Origin: Verrucomicrobiia bacterium
GTDB taxonomy: Bacteria; Verrucomicrobiota; Verrucomicrobiia; JADLBR01
DNA: 64,000 bases
Assembly (NCBI GenBank): GCA_026646655.1
Contig: JAPKHT010000008.1
Coordinates: 8,426 to 72,425, forward strand
Direction: 5' to 3'
Shown here: piece by piece, positions 55,398-64,000 of the stretch
Layout of the letters: each line of letters begins with the position of its first letter
Position numbering within the stretch: position 1 is the first letter of the stretch
Notes under the pieces: generated by a model
Told to the model about the DNA's origin: nothing
Databases searched by the model: none
The model's input: only the letters and a program-made list of their open reading frames with translations
Translations under genes and position numbers: made by a program

Positions 55398-58300
55398 AGG
55401 GAACGAACCAGAAACACATCCTCGCACTCCTCGCCGCTCAGCTCGTGGCGTCGCCAAGCGTGCCGCTCGCCGCGGGGACCGAGCCGACGGGGCCGGACGC
55501 GGCGATCAGCGCCCCCGCCAACGTCACCCCCATGCCGGCATGGGCCGTCGGCCAGGCCAACCGCTCGCCGGACCTCGACGCTTTGCCGGGATTTCAGAAA
55601 CCACCGCCGGGATACGGCACGGTGCCGTTCTTCTGGTGGCTCGGTGATCCGTTGACGAAGGAACGGCTCGGCTGGATCCTCGGGCAGATGGAGGGCATGG
55701 GCGTGTCGGGCTACCAGATCAACTACGCCCACTCCGACAAGGGCGGACGCAGTTGGGGCCTGACGTATCCGAGCGAGCCTCCGCTGTTCTCCGAGGAATG
55801 GTGGAAACTGGCCGGCTGGTTCATGCGGGAGGCCAAGAAACAGGGCGCCGCCATCAGCCTCAGCGATTACACGCTCGGCTTCGGCCAAGGCTGGTGCGTG
55901 GACGAGATCCTGCGCGAGCACCCCGAGGTGACAGGCATGATCCTCAAGATGGGCAATGGCGGTCAGGTCAGCGCCGATAAGGTGCCCTGGTCGCTGAACC
56001 CGATGCACCCGATGTCGGGCAAGTGGTACGCCGAGAGATTCTTCGGCCAGTTCGAGCGCCGTTTCCCCGGCGAGGGCGGCAAGGGACTGAACTTCTTCTT
56101 TTCCGATGAGCTCGGCTTCGGCGTCGGCGGACGGATCTGGTCCGAGCGGTTCGCCGAAGAGTTCAGGAAACGCAAGGGCTACGACATCACGCCCGAACTG
56201 CCGGCGCTGTTCAAGGACACCGGGCCGCGGTCGCCAAAGGTCCGGCTCGACTACAATGATGTGCTCGTGGCGTTGAGCGAGGAATGCTTCTTCAAGCCCG
56301 TCTTCGACTGGCACCAGCAACGCGGCATGATCATGGGTTGCGACCACGGCGGGCGCGGCCGCAACGTCGTCGAGTTTGGCGACTATTTCCGCACCCAGCG
56401 CTGGAACCAGGGCCCCGGCGCCGACCAGCCGCGCCTCGGCAAGAACCTCATCAAGGCAAAGGTCGCCGCGTCCATCGCGCACCTGTACGAGCGCCCGCGC
56501 GTCTGGCTCGAAGGTTTTTACGGCAGCGGCTGGGGCACGACGTCGGCGGGCCTCGTGGACGCCACGTTCGCTAACTACGTGATGGGCTTCGATCTGCTCG
56601 GCCTGCACGGGATGTACTACGCGACGCGCGGTGGCTGGTGGGAATGGGCGCCGCCCGACAACACCTTCCGGATGCCGTACTGGAAACACCTGCGCGGGTT
56701 CATGGGGTGCGTCCAACGCCTCAGCTACCTCCTCAGCCAAGGACACCACCGCTGCGACGTGGCGATCATCTACCCCGTCGCACCAATGGAGGCCGGCATG
56801 GGCGGCCCCGACGCCGTGAAGGCCGCCTTCACCACCGGCGAGCAGCTCTATGCCAGGGGCGTCGACTTCGACTTCATGGATTTCGAGTCGCTCGACCGGG
56901 CCAGGATCGCCGGGAACGAATTGCGCGTCGCCGGCGAAATCTACCGCGCCCTCATCCTGCCCGCGATGAAGGCCATCCGCCACTCGACGCTGAAGAAGGC
57001 CGTCGAATTCCACCGCGCCGGCGGCATCGTGCTGGCCATCGGCGCGTTGCCCGAAGCCAGCGACCGCATCGGCCGCGACGATCCCGAAGTCGTTGCGATG
57101 GCGAAGGAGATTGGCCTGACCCAGGACGTCTTCGCCAAGCTCCCGCCGCGCGACTACGGGGGACCCGGCTACATCCAGCACCGCAGGCTCGGCCCGCGCG
57201 ATCTCTACGCCATCTACAACGCGCCGAAGGACGGCGAGGTCACCTTCCGCGCCACCGGCAAGGTCGAGTTATGGGACCCCTGGACCGGCTCGATCCGCCC
57301 GCTCCCCATCGCCTCGCAAACTGCCGCCGGCACCAGACTGAAACTCCCGCTGACCGAAAAGGAATTGCAGCTGATCGTCTTCAGCCCCGGCCAGCCAGAG
57401 ATCGCGCCCCCTTCATCCGGGTCACCGCCGACGGCGATCGCTGTCGAGGGGGATTGGGACTTCGAGTTGCAGCCGACCAGCGATAATCGTTTCGGCGATT
57501 TCCACTGGCCGCCGACACCGGCCAAGATCGGCGCCGAAGTCCGACAGCTCTGGTATTGCGAGGGCGACAGCACCAACGGGACGTGGCGCAAGGTCACGTG
57601 TTCGTTCGGCCCGCAATTCACGAAGGACGGCAAGCCATACGAGATGTCGTGGCGCTGGGGGGTCGAGGGCGATCCCGGCCGCCAGGGCTATCACGGCTTG
57701 AAAGGGGAAGTGCACGACGAGTTCCTCACCATCGGCAGACCAAGGCAGACCGCCACCGGCACCGCCTATGAGGCCGACGGCACCGGGACAACATTCTCGA
57801 CAAGCATCCCCGCCCCGCGCGCGATGACCGCACGCGCCCTCGCCGGCGAACTGAAACCGTCGAGGGTCACGCTCAACGGCGAAGTCGCAAACGGCGACAC
57901 CCTCGAATTGAAGGCGGGCGCCAACGCCCTCGTGTTGCGGTACGACAGGCCGGGCCGCACCTATTTCGTCGTCGCGTCAGGGGAAATCCCGCCCGCGCCG
58001 GCAAACGCGCTGGCCGCGCGCTGGCACAACGATCCGAAAGTGCTGCCATTCGATGTGCGCGCCGACGAGGAGACACCGGTCGGCTGGTACCGGTTTGTTG
58101 CGCCGCCCGGATTCCGCGGCATGCGCATCACCGCGCGCGGCAAGGCGCAAGCATGGGCCGACGGCGTGCCGATGCCCCAATTCGCCCTGCAACATCCGGC
58201 GGCCAAGCCAGTCACGGTGTTCTTGCGCATCGAACAGGAACGCGGCTGCTACGCTGGTGCGGCGCTGCCTGAGTACATCCAGCTGGATTGCGGCCCCGGC

Positions 58301-58645
58301 CAGATGGCGCTGGGAGACTGGTCGAAGATCGACGGATTGCTCAGCTATTCCGGCGGCGCGTGGTACCGGAAGACGGTGACGCTTCCTGCCGCAAGGCAGG
58401 TCATCCTGAAACTCGGCGAGGTGGTTGCCTCCGCCGAAGTGCGCGTGAACGGGAGAATTGCCGGCACCAGGGTCGCGCCGCCGTGGGAGTTGGACATCAC
58501 GAAGCTCGCGGCTCCCGGCGAGAACCGGATCGAGGTGCTCGTCTGTAATACGCTGGCGAACCACTACACGACCATCCCGACGCGCTATCGCGGCGATACA
58601 ACCTCCGGGCTGCTCGGCCCGGTCCGCATTGAGGTGACACCATGA
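55394..58645 (+). CDS. Large (~1080 aa) secreted glycoside-hydrolase-like protein with a C-terminal galactose-binding-like (GH2 sugar-binding-type) domain; family uncertain, GH106- or GH2-related
   Basis: Signal peptide MKGTNQKHILALLAAQLVASPSVPLAAG; catalytic-core-like N-terminal half (PFFWWLGDP ...); C-terminal jelly-roll (GGAWYRKTVTLPAARQVILKLGEVVASAEVRVNGRIAGTRVAPPWELDIT). ATGA overlap with the fucosidase stop. Confidence 0.55.
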   Translation: MKGTNQKHILALLAAQLVASPSVPLAAGTEPTGPDAAISAPANVTPMPAWAVGQANRSPDLDALPGFQKPPPGYGTVPFFWWLGDPLTKERLGWILGQMEGMGVSGYQINYAHSDKGGRSWGLTYPSEPPLFSEEWWKLAGWFMREAKKQGAAISLSDYTLGFGQGWCVDEILREHPEVTGMILKMGNGGQVSADKVPWSLNPMHPMSGKWYAERFFGQFERRFPGEGGKGLNFFFSDELGFGVGGRIWSERFAEEFRKRKGYDITPELPALFKDTGPRSPKVRLDYNDVLVALSEECFFKPVFDWHQQRGMIMGCDHGGRGRNVVEFGDYFRTQRWNQGPGADQPRLGKNLIKAKVAASIAHLYERPRVWLEGFYGSGWGTTSAGLVDATFANYVMGFDLLGLHGMYYATRGGWWEWAPPDNTFRMPYWKHLRGFMGCVQRLSYLLSQGHHRCDVAIIYPVAPMEAGMGGPDAVKAAFTTGEQLYARGVDFDFMDFESLDRARIAGNELRVAGEIYRALILPAMKAIRHSTLKKAVEFHRAGGIVLAIGALPEASDRIGRDDPEVVAMAKEIGLTQDVFAKLPPRDYGGPGYIQHRRLGPRDLYAIYNAPKDGEVTFRATGKVELWDPWTGSIRPLPIASQTAAGTRLKLPLTEKELQLIVFSPGQPEIAPPSSGSPPTAIAVEGDWDFELQPTSDNRFGDFHWPPTPAKIGAEVRQLWYCEGDSTNGTWRKVTCSFGPQFTKDGKPYEMSWRWGVEGDPGRQGYHGLKGEVHDEFLTIGRPRQTATGTAYEADGTGTTFSTSIPAPRAMTARALAGELKPSRVTLNGEVANGDTLELKAGANALVLRYDRPGRTYFVVASGEIPPAPANALAARWHNDPKVLPFDVRADEETPVGWYRFVAPPGFRGMRITARGKAQAWADGVPMPQFALQHPAAKPVTVFLRIEQERGCYAGAALPEYIQLDCGPGQMALGDWSKIDGLLSYSGGAWYRKTVTLPAARQVILKLGEVVASAEVRVNGRIAGTRVAPPWELDITKLAAPGENRIEVLVCNTLANHYTTIPTRYRGDTTSGLLGPVRIEVTP

Positions 58646-60918
58646 TCCTCGCGTTGATCCTGGGCGCAACGATCCACGTCAGCCCGGCGGGCGACGATGC
58701 GAATCCCGGGACGGCGGATAGGCCGTTGCGGACATTCGTTGCGGCACAGCGGGCGAAGGCCGCGGAGGTCCTATTTCATGCCGGCACGTATTATCTGCCG
58801 GAGACGATAGCGCTGACGGCGGCGGATTCGGGCCGAGTCTTCGCCTCGGCGCCGGGCGAGAGGGTCATCCTCAGCGGAGGCAGCAAGCTCGACCTGGGGT
58901 GGGAGCCCCGCAAGGACGGCATCATGCAGGCCGCGACGCCGCCGGGGCTAACGATTGACCAGCTATTCGTCAACGGCCAACGCCAGATGATGGCGCGTTA
59001 CCCGAATTACAGCCCGGGCGTCCGGCCGTACGGTGGCTACGCCGCCGATGCCTTCGGCACGGAGCGCGCGGCGCGCTGGAGCGACCCGGCGGGCGGGTTC
59101 ATCCACGCGATGCACCGCGCGCACTGGGGCGGCTATCACTACCGGATCACCGGCAAGAGCGAGAAGGGCGAAATCACGCATGAGGGCGGCTGGCAGAACA
59201 ACCGGCAGATGGGGATGCACAAGGAACACCGGTTCGTGGAGAACATCCTCGAGGAACTCGACGCGCCGGGCGAATGGTTCCACAGCGCGAAGACCGGCGC
59301 GCTCTATTATTTTCCACCAGAGGACGTGGACCTAAAGGCAGCGACGGTCGAGGTGGTGCGGCTGCGCCATCTGGTGGAGTTCAATGGCACGAGGGAGAAG
59401 CCGGTCCGCAACGTCACGCTGCGTGGCCTCGTGTTCCGCCACGCGGCGCGGACGTTCATGGATACGAGAGAACCGCTCCTGCGCAGCGACTGGACCATCT
59501 ATCGGGGCGGCGCGGTGCTGTTCAACGGCGCGGAGGACTGCGCGCTCGCCGATTGCGATTTCGACCAGCTCGGCGGAAACGCGATCTTCGTCAGCGGATA
59601 CAACCGCCGGATTCGAGTGGTTGGCTGCGACATCCACGACACCGGCGCGAGCGCGGTCGCGTTCGTCGGCGACCCGGAGGCCGTGCGCAACCCGCTCTTC
59701 GAATACGGCCAGCGCCAGAGCTACAGCAAGATCGACCGGACGCCCGGGCCGAAAACGGAAAACTATCCAGCCGATTGCCTCGTCGAGGACTGCCTCATCC
59801 ACCGGATGGGCGTCGTCGAGAAACAGGCGACCGGTGTGGAACTGTCGATGGCGATGGGCGTCACCATCCGGCACTGCTCCATTTATGACGCCTCGCGCGC
59901 CGGCATCAACGTCAGCGAAGGCACGTTCGGCGGGCACGTCATCGAGTTCTGCGACGTGTTTGATACGGTGCTGGAGACGGGCGACCACGGCAGCTTCAAC
60001 TCGTGGGGCCGCGACCGATTCTGGGGGCTGAAGGACGCTCCCGCCGCCGAAATGCCGAGGCTCGCGCTGCTCGACGTGGTGAAACCCAACATCATCCGCA
60101 ACAGCCGCTGGCGCTGCGACCACGGCTGGGACGTGGACCTCGACGACGGCTCGTCGAACTACGAGATCTACAACAACGTTTTCCTCCGCGGCGGCCTGAA
60201 GCTCCGCGAAGGGTTCCATCGCAGGGTCTGGAACAACATCGCCGTCAATGACTCGCTCCATCCGCACGTCTGGTATGAGAACAGCGGCGACGAGGTGACC
60301 CGCAACATCTGGATGGGCGCCTATCGGCCCGCCGTCATGAAGATCGCCAAATGGGGCAGGGAAGTGGACCGGAACCTTTTCACGACCTCCGACGCCGATC
60401 GCACCAAGTTCGCCGCCAACGGCTGCGACGCGAACTCGCTCGTCGGCGACCCGCAATTCGTGGACGCCGCGCGCGGCGACTTTCGTGTCAGGGACGGCTC
60501 GCCCGCGCTGAAACTCGGCTTCGTGAACTTTCCGATGGATCAGTTTGGCGTGCGCTCGCCGCGCCTGCGGGCCATCGCGCGTGCGCCGGTGATCCCGGCT
60601 CTGCAATCGGGCGCAACCGAGAGTCGGACGACCAAGAGCGTCTGGCTGGGCGCCACCGTCAAGGACATCCAAGGCGAGGAGTACTCCGCCTTCGGCACCG
60701 TCAAGGAAGACGGTGGCATCCACCTGCTGGATGTGCCGGCCGGATCGGCTCCGGCCACGGCCGGTCTGCGGGCAGGCGATCTCATCCAAGGCGTCAACGG
60801 CAAGCCCGTGCGCACCAGCGGGGAATTGATGGCCGCGATGAAGGCTGCGGGCGACAAGCCCGCGACGATCACCTTCATCCGCAACCAGGCAAAACAACAG
60901 ACCACACTCACGCCGTAA
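58642..60918 (+). CDS. Right-handed parallel beta-helix (pectin-lyase-fold) protein fused to a C-terminal PDZ domain
   Basis: Beta-helix rungs (NVTLRGLVFRHA, CALADCDFDQLGGNAIFVSGYNRRIRVVGCDIHDTGASAVAF, VTIRHCSIYDASRAGINV). The C-terminal PDZ is GATVKDIQGEEYSAFGTVKEDGGIHLLDVPAGSAPATAGLRAGDLIQGVNGKPVRTSGELMAAM. ATGA overlap with the upstream gene. Confidence 0.6.
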   Translation: MILALILGATIHVSPAGDDANPGTADRPLRTFVAAQRAKAAEVLFHAGTYYLPETIALTAADSGRVFASAPGERVILSGGSKLDLGWEPRKDGIMQAATPPGLTIDQLFVNGQRQMMARYPNYSPGVRPYGGYAADAFGTERAARWSDPAGGFIHAMHRAHWGGYHYRITGKSEKGEITHEGGWQNNRQMGMHKEHRFVENILEELDAPGEWFHSAKTGALYYFPPEDVDLKAATVEVVRLRHLVEFNGTREKPVRNVTLRGLVFRHAARTFMDTREPLLRSDWTIYRGGAVLFNGAEDCALADCDFDQLGGNAIFVSGYNRRIRVVGCDIHDTGASAVAFVGDPEAVRNPLFEYGQRQSYSKIDRTPGPKTENYPADCLVEDCLIHRMGVVEKQATGVELSMAMGVTIRHCSIYDASRAGINVSEGTFGGHVIEFCDVFDTVLETGDHGSFNSWGRDRFWGLKDAPAAEMPRLALLDVVKPNIIRNSRWRCDHGWDVDLDDGSSNYEIYNNVFLRGGLKLREGFHRRVWNNIAVNDSLHPHVWYENSGDEVTRNIWMGAYRPAVMKIAKWGREVDRNLFTTSDADRTKFAANGCDANSLVGDPQFVDAARGDFRVRDGSPALKLGFVNFPMDQFGVRSPRLRAIARAPVIPALQSGATESRTTKSVWLGATVKDIQGEEYSAFGTVKEDGGIHLLDVPAGSAPATAGLRAGDLIQGVNGKPVRTSGELMAAMKAAGDKPATITFIRNQAKQQTTLTP

Positions 60919-61033
60919 CCGCCAACGAAGTGAAACTGTAGAAACAATGCCAGCGAGCGCGGCTCCCGCCGCATGTTGTCGCCATGAATCTCGCTGCGGA
61001 TGATCGCCATTTGCAAATGCCGGGCGTATAAGG

Positions 61034-63226
61034 TTGAGGCCAATGCGCCATCAAGTGATCGGAATCCTATGGGTCAGCGCGGCCTGGGCGACGGTTGACC
61101 CCACTCGAGAGGGTCACCCCCCATCGGGGGGGTTCACCGACTTCCCCGTCGTCGAGAATCTGCCGCTGTTTCAGCCCATCGAGGTCGAGGGCCGCGAGGT
61201 CTCCATGTGGAATAGGAGGTACACGCTGGGTCCGGCGGGATGGATCCAGGCCATCGAAAGTTCGGGTAAGAAAATCCTGAAGGGCCCCATGGTGCTGGAG
61301 GGGAAGATCGGCAACGTTGAGATCGCACTGGCCCCAACGCGCCAATCCGTTGTCGAGAAGAGCGCCACCAGGGCTGTCTTCGTCACGGAATCCACGCAGG
61401 GACCAGCGGTCGCCACGGTCAAGACCATCGTCGAATCCGACGGCATGATCCGGTTCGTTGCCGACATCCGCGCCGACCAAGCGCTGCCATTCCAAGACAT
61501 CCGAGTCCGTCTCCCGCTCGACGATGGGCATTTTCGGTATCTGCATTACGTCGCGGAGACCAAGATGAAATGCGACACGCAGGCCCTGCCTGAGGGAGAA
61601 GGGATCATCTGGGGCAGCCGGGATGTCCAGCGCCTATTTATCGACTCGAAACTGGAGCGCAAGAGCGACATCGATGGCTTCAAGCAGAACGCGAACGTCG
61701 TCAACTCGTTCGTTCCTTTGATCTGGATCGGTGATGCCGACGGCGGGATCGCCTGGTTCGCGGAATCGGACGAGGGTTGGCAAGACGCGCCGGGGAGATC
61801 CATCGTCGAGCTGACGAGAGCCGGCGGGATTCTGGAATTGCGGGTCAATTTCATCTCGGGCATGGCGCTCCGCGACAGCGCCCATCTCGATTTCGGTCTT
61901 CAGGTCACCCCGGTCAAGCCGCTGCCCGAAGGCTGGCGCGACTGGCAGCAGTACAACGGCGGGCGGATTCATGCGCGCGGGACGCCCGACTTCTCGTATT
62001 ACGATTCCAGGATTCCCGACGGCTCCGAGAAGGTGATCATCTTCGATCTGGATTTCATCGGCTTCGATACCGGGCGCCGCTTCGGCCGCCAGATCGCCGA
62101 TCCTCAAAGGACAAGAGAAATCCTCCGGGGGCTCAAGGAGCGTCGCCGCAAGGTCCTCGCCTACATGACGCCGTCCAAGATCTCCCACGTGCAGGGAGTT
62201 TCAGAAGAGTGGGGGGAGTGGCGCCTGATTCCCGAGAAGACCATCGCGTGGAAGGCCGGCAAGAAGGGCGCGACGACCACGCACCATTTTCTGTGCCACA
62301 ACGCGCCCGGCAACTACCTGAACCTGTTGGAATTTGCGGAACGACTCGTGAACGACTACGACATCGACGGGGTGTACGTCGACGTCCCGTTCTTCAATAT
62401 GGGATGCATGGCGCCCGGCTGCTCGTACCGGCGGGCCGACGGCGCGCGCCAGCCAATCTTCAAAATCTCATTGATGAGGGACTTCTACAAGAAGCTGGCC
62501 GGCATCTTCGTGCGCCACGGGAAGTACCCGCACGTGCTCGTGCACAACTCGACGCAGTTCGTGATTCCCGCGTTCGCGTTCTGTTGGGCGGGCAAGCCGG
62601 GCGAATTCATGGCGGAGATCAATTACGAGCAGAATCACATGGACTACTTGCGGTCGCACCGGGCGAAAGCCATCGTGGAGTTCAATCCGCGCCCCTGGGG
62701 CCTGGTGCCATTCTGCATGGACGACATCAAATTCACCCGGTATTCCACCCTGAACCCCAGGCAGTCGTTTTCCGAGCGCGACGCTTTCGAGGCGCACTGG
62801 AAGCGGCGCTATCTGGGCGTCCCGCTGCTGCACGATGGCCTCATCATGAACTGGTGCGCCACCCCGGAGTTCTCGTTCCCGATCTACAAGGCCCGCATGG
62901 ACTTCGGGATCGGGGCTCCCGACGTCGAATTCCACGGGTATTGGGAGAACGACGCGCCGAAGGCGAGCGATCCCGAGGTGGCGGTGTCGTACTACACCCG
63001 ACCGCGAAGCGTCATGATGGTCCTCGGGAATTTCCGCGACTCGGATACCGAATGCGCGGTGAAATTGCCCCCCGCGATTCTGTCGAGGGTCGACGCCGGG
63101 GGGTTGGTCGATCCCATCTCCCGTGAAGCGGTGCCCGTGCGCGACGAGGGCATCGTGGTCCGCATCGGCCCGCAGCAGTGCCGCATTCTAGTCAACGCGC
63201 AAGAGACGGGGACCGCAGCCCCGTGA
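61034..63226 (+). CDS. Secreted hypothetical protein (730 aa), probably carbohydrate-active; no family recognised
   Basis: Signal peptide (MRPMRHQVIGILWVSAAWA). It is long, globular and Trp/aromatic-rich, and sits within the glycan-degradation locus. Confidence 0.45.
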   Translation: MRPMRHQVIGILWVSAAWATVDPTREGHPPSGGFTDFPVVENLPLFQPIEVEGREVSMWNRRYTLGPAGWIQAIESSGKKILKGPMVLEGKIGNVEIALAPTRQSVVEKSATRAVFVTESTQGPAVATVKTIVESDGMIRFVADIRADQALPFQDIRVRLPLDDGHFRYLHYVAETKMKCDTQALPEGEGIIWGSRDVQRLFIDSKLERKSDIDGFKQNANVVNSFVPLIWIGDADGGIAWFAESDEGWQDAPGRSIVELTRAGGILELRVNFISGMALRDSAHLDFGLQVTPVKPLPEGWRDWQQYNGGRIHARGTPDFSYYDSRIPDGSEKVIIFDLDFIGFDTGRRFGRQIADPQRTREILRGLKERRRKVLAYMTPSKISHVQGVSEEWGEWRLIPEKTIAWKAGKKGATTTHHFLCHNAPGNYLNLLEFAERLVNDYDIDGVYVDVPFFNMGCMAPGCSYRRADGARQPIFKISLMRDFYKKLAGIFVRHGKYPHVLVHNSTQFVIPAFAFCWAGKPGEFMAEINYEQNHMDYLRSHRAKAIVEFNPRPWGLVPFCMDDIKFTRYSTLNPRQSFSERDAFEAHWKRRYLGVPLLHDGLIMNWCATPEFSFPIYKARMDFGIGAPDVEFHGYWENDAPKASDPEVAVSYYTRPRSVMMVLGNFRDSDTECAVKLPPAILSRVDAGGLVDPISREAVPVRDEGIVVRIGPQQCRILVNAQETGTAAP

Positions 63227-63290
63227 GGTGGGCCCCCGTGGACGCCAACGCGCGCCCGATTTGAAGGAGATCGAAAAGACAGGAGCCGCT

Positions 63291-64000
63291 ATGAAAGACA
63301 ACCCCAGATTCCGGACCTTGGCGCTGATCGCCCTGGCCCTGGCGCCGTGCGCGACCGCGAGTCCGAAGGCCGGTGCCCCGCCCGATCCCGCGGTCGTCGT
63401 GCGCGACCTCGCGCCCTTCCACGACGCCGCCCGCGCCCTGAAGAACCCGCACAAGGGCTGGTACCACCATTACCCCGACAACCACATCAGCAAGTACGAG
63501 ATCGCGCGAGACGCGGACCTGCTGGAGTTCCCCGGCATGGATCATCTCTACCTCCGTCTCGCGTGGGCCTACCTGGAACCGAAGGAGGGACAGTTCGACT
63601 GGGCGGTGATCGACCGCATCATCGACCAGTGGACCGCGCGCGGCCTCGGCATCGCATTCCGCATCAGTTGCCGCGAGACGAGCGCGGACCGGATCGAGCA
63701 GCAGTTTGCGACGCCGCGCTGGGTGATGGAGGCCGGTGCCAAGGGCGGGCACTACCTGAAGGGCAAGGCGACCGGCCCGGAGGGACCCTGGGAACCGGTT
63801 TTCGATGATCCCGTCTTTCTGGAGAAGCTGGATCACTTCCTCGCGGCCTTCGCGGCGCGCTACGAAACCAAGCCGTGGCTGCGGTACATGGACATCGGGA
63901 GCATCGGCGACTGGGGCGAGGGGCACAGTTCGTCGGGCAGTCGCCAGGAGTGCGGCCTCGCCGCGCGCAGGCGCCACGTGGACCTCCACCTCAAGCACTT
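63291..64000 (+). CDS. Secreted hypothetical protein, 3'-truncated by the window end; possibly a glycoside-hydrolase-like DUF
   Basis: The ATG at 63291 is preceded by an AGGAG SD. Signal peptide (MKDNPRFRTLALIALALAPCATA) and motif NPHKGWYHHYP. It is not in the ORF track because no stop is reached. Confidence 0.5.
   Translation, partial: MKDNPRFRTLALIALALAPCATASPKAGAPPDPAVVVRDLAPFHDAARALKNPHKGWYHHYPDNHISKYEIARDADLLEFPGMDHLYLRLAWAYLEPKEGQFDWAVIDRIIDQWTARGLGIAFRISCRETSADRIEQQFATPRWVMEAGAKGGHYLKGKATGPEGPWEPVFDDPVFLEKLDHFLAAFAARYETKPWLRYMDIGSIGDWGEGHSSSGSRQECGLAARRRHVDLHLKH

Noticed and set aside
53862-60897. Long minus-strand ORFs (53862..55214, 55271..57181, 59332..60897)
   Set aside because: Antisense to the GH29 fucosidase, the large GH and the beta-helix/PDZ genes, and compositionally biased.
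1-64000. CRISPR arrays, rRNA genes, integrase/transposase genes
   Set aside because: There are no direct-repeat/spacer arrays, no rRNA-like conserved blocks, and no ORF with recombinase or DDE transposase motifs. The only mobile-like signals are the non-coding inverted-repeat elements.

Overview
This is a 64 kb chromosomal segment with high GC content, roughly 65-70%, read from the sequence itself. Gene content points to a Verrucomicrobia- or Planctomycetes-like bacterium: a PEP-CTERM protein, a PSCyt/DUF1553-DUF1501 pair, many formylglycine-type sulfatases, LVIVD beta-propeller proteins and a giant multidomain surface protein. No rRNA, tRNA or CRISPR arrays were recognised. About 48 protein-coding genes can be supported. 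The first quarter holds a sialate-O-acetylesterase-like esterase fragment, a cNMP-binding/FHA protein, a sulfatase with a HEAT-repeat tail, a 1700-aa surface protein, asnB, and the DUF1553/DUF1501 operon. Next come a DUF1015 protein, a PerM-type transporter, sulfite reductase hemoprotein and a carbon-nitrogen hydrolase. A lower-GC island carrying a type II restriction-modification pair (C5-cytosine methyltransferase plus a putative endonuclease) sits downstream of ubiD. Housekeeping genes follow: murI, ribD, ribE, murA, two YjbQ paralogs and an SDR. The last 26 kb is a sulfated-glycan degradation locus with three sulfatases, an SGNH/DUF4886 esterase, a pectate-lyase-like protein, a GH29 alpha-L-fucosidase, several large glycoside hydrolases and a beta-helix/PDZ protein. 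Its genes are chained by 4-nt ATGA stop/start overlaps. The most unusual signals are non-coding. A conserved ~55-nt block carrying a GGACTT-GGCA-AAGTCC palindrome sits immediately upstream of both asnB and the CN-hydrolase gene. Relatives of its GTCGGACTT/AAGTCCGAC core recur as terminal inverted repeats of a MITE-like element in a 660-nt structured intergenic region. A ~75-nt REP-like repeat family with a GNRA-loop hairpin occurs three times directly after stop codons. Two apparent frame switches may be real pseudogenes or sequencing errors.
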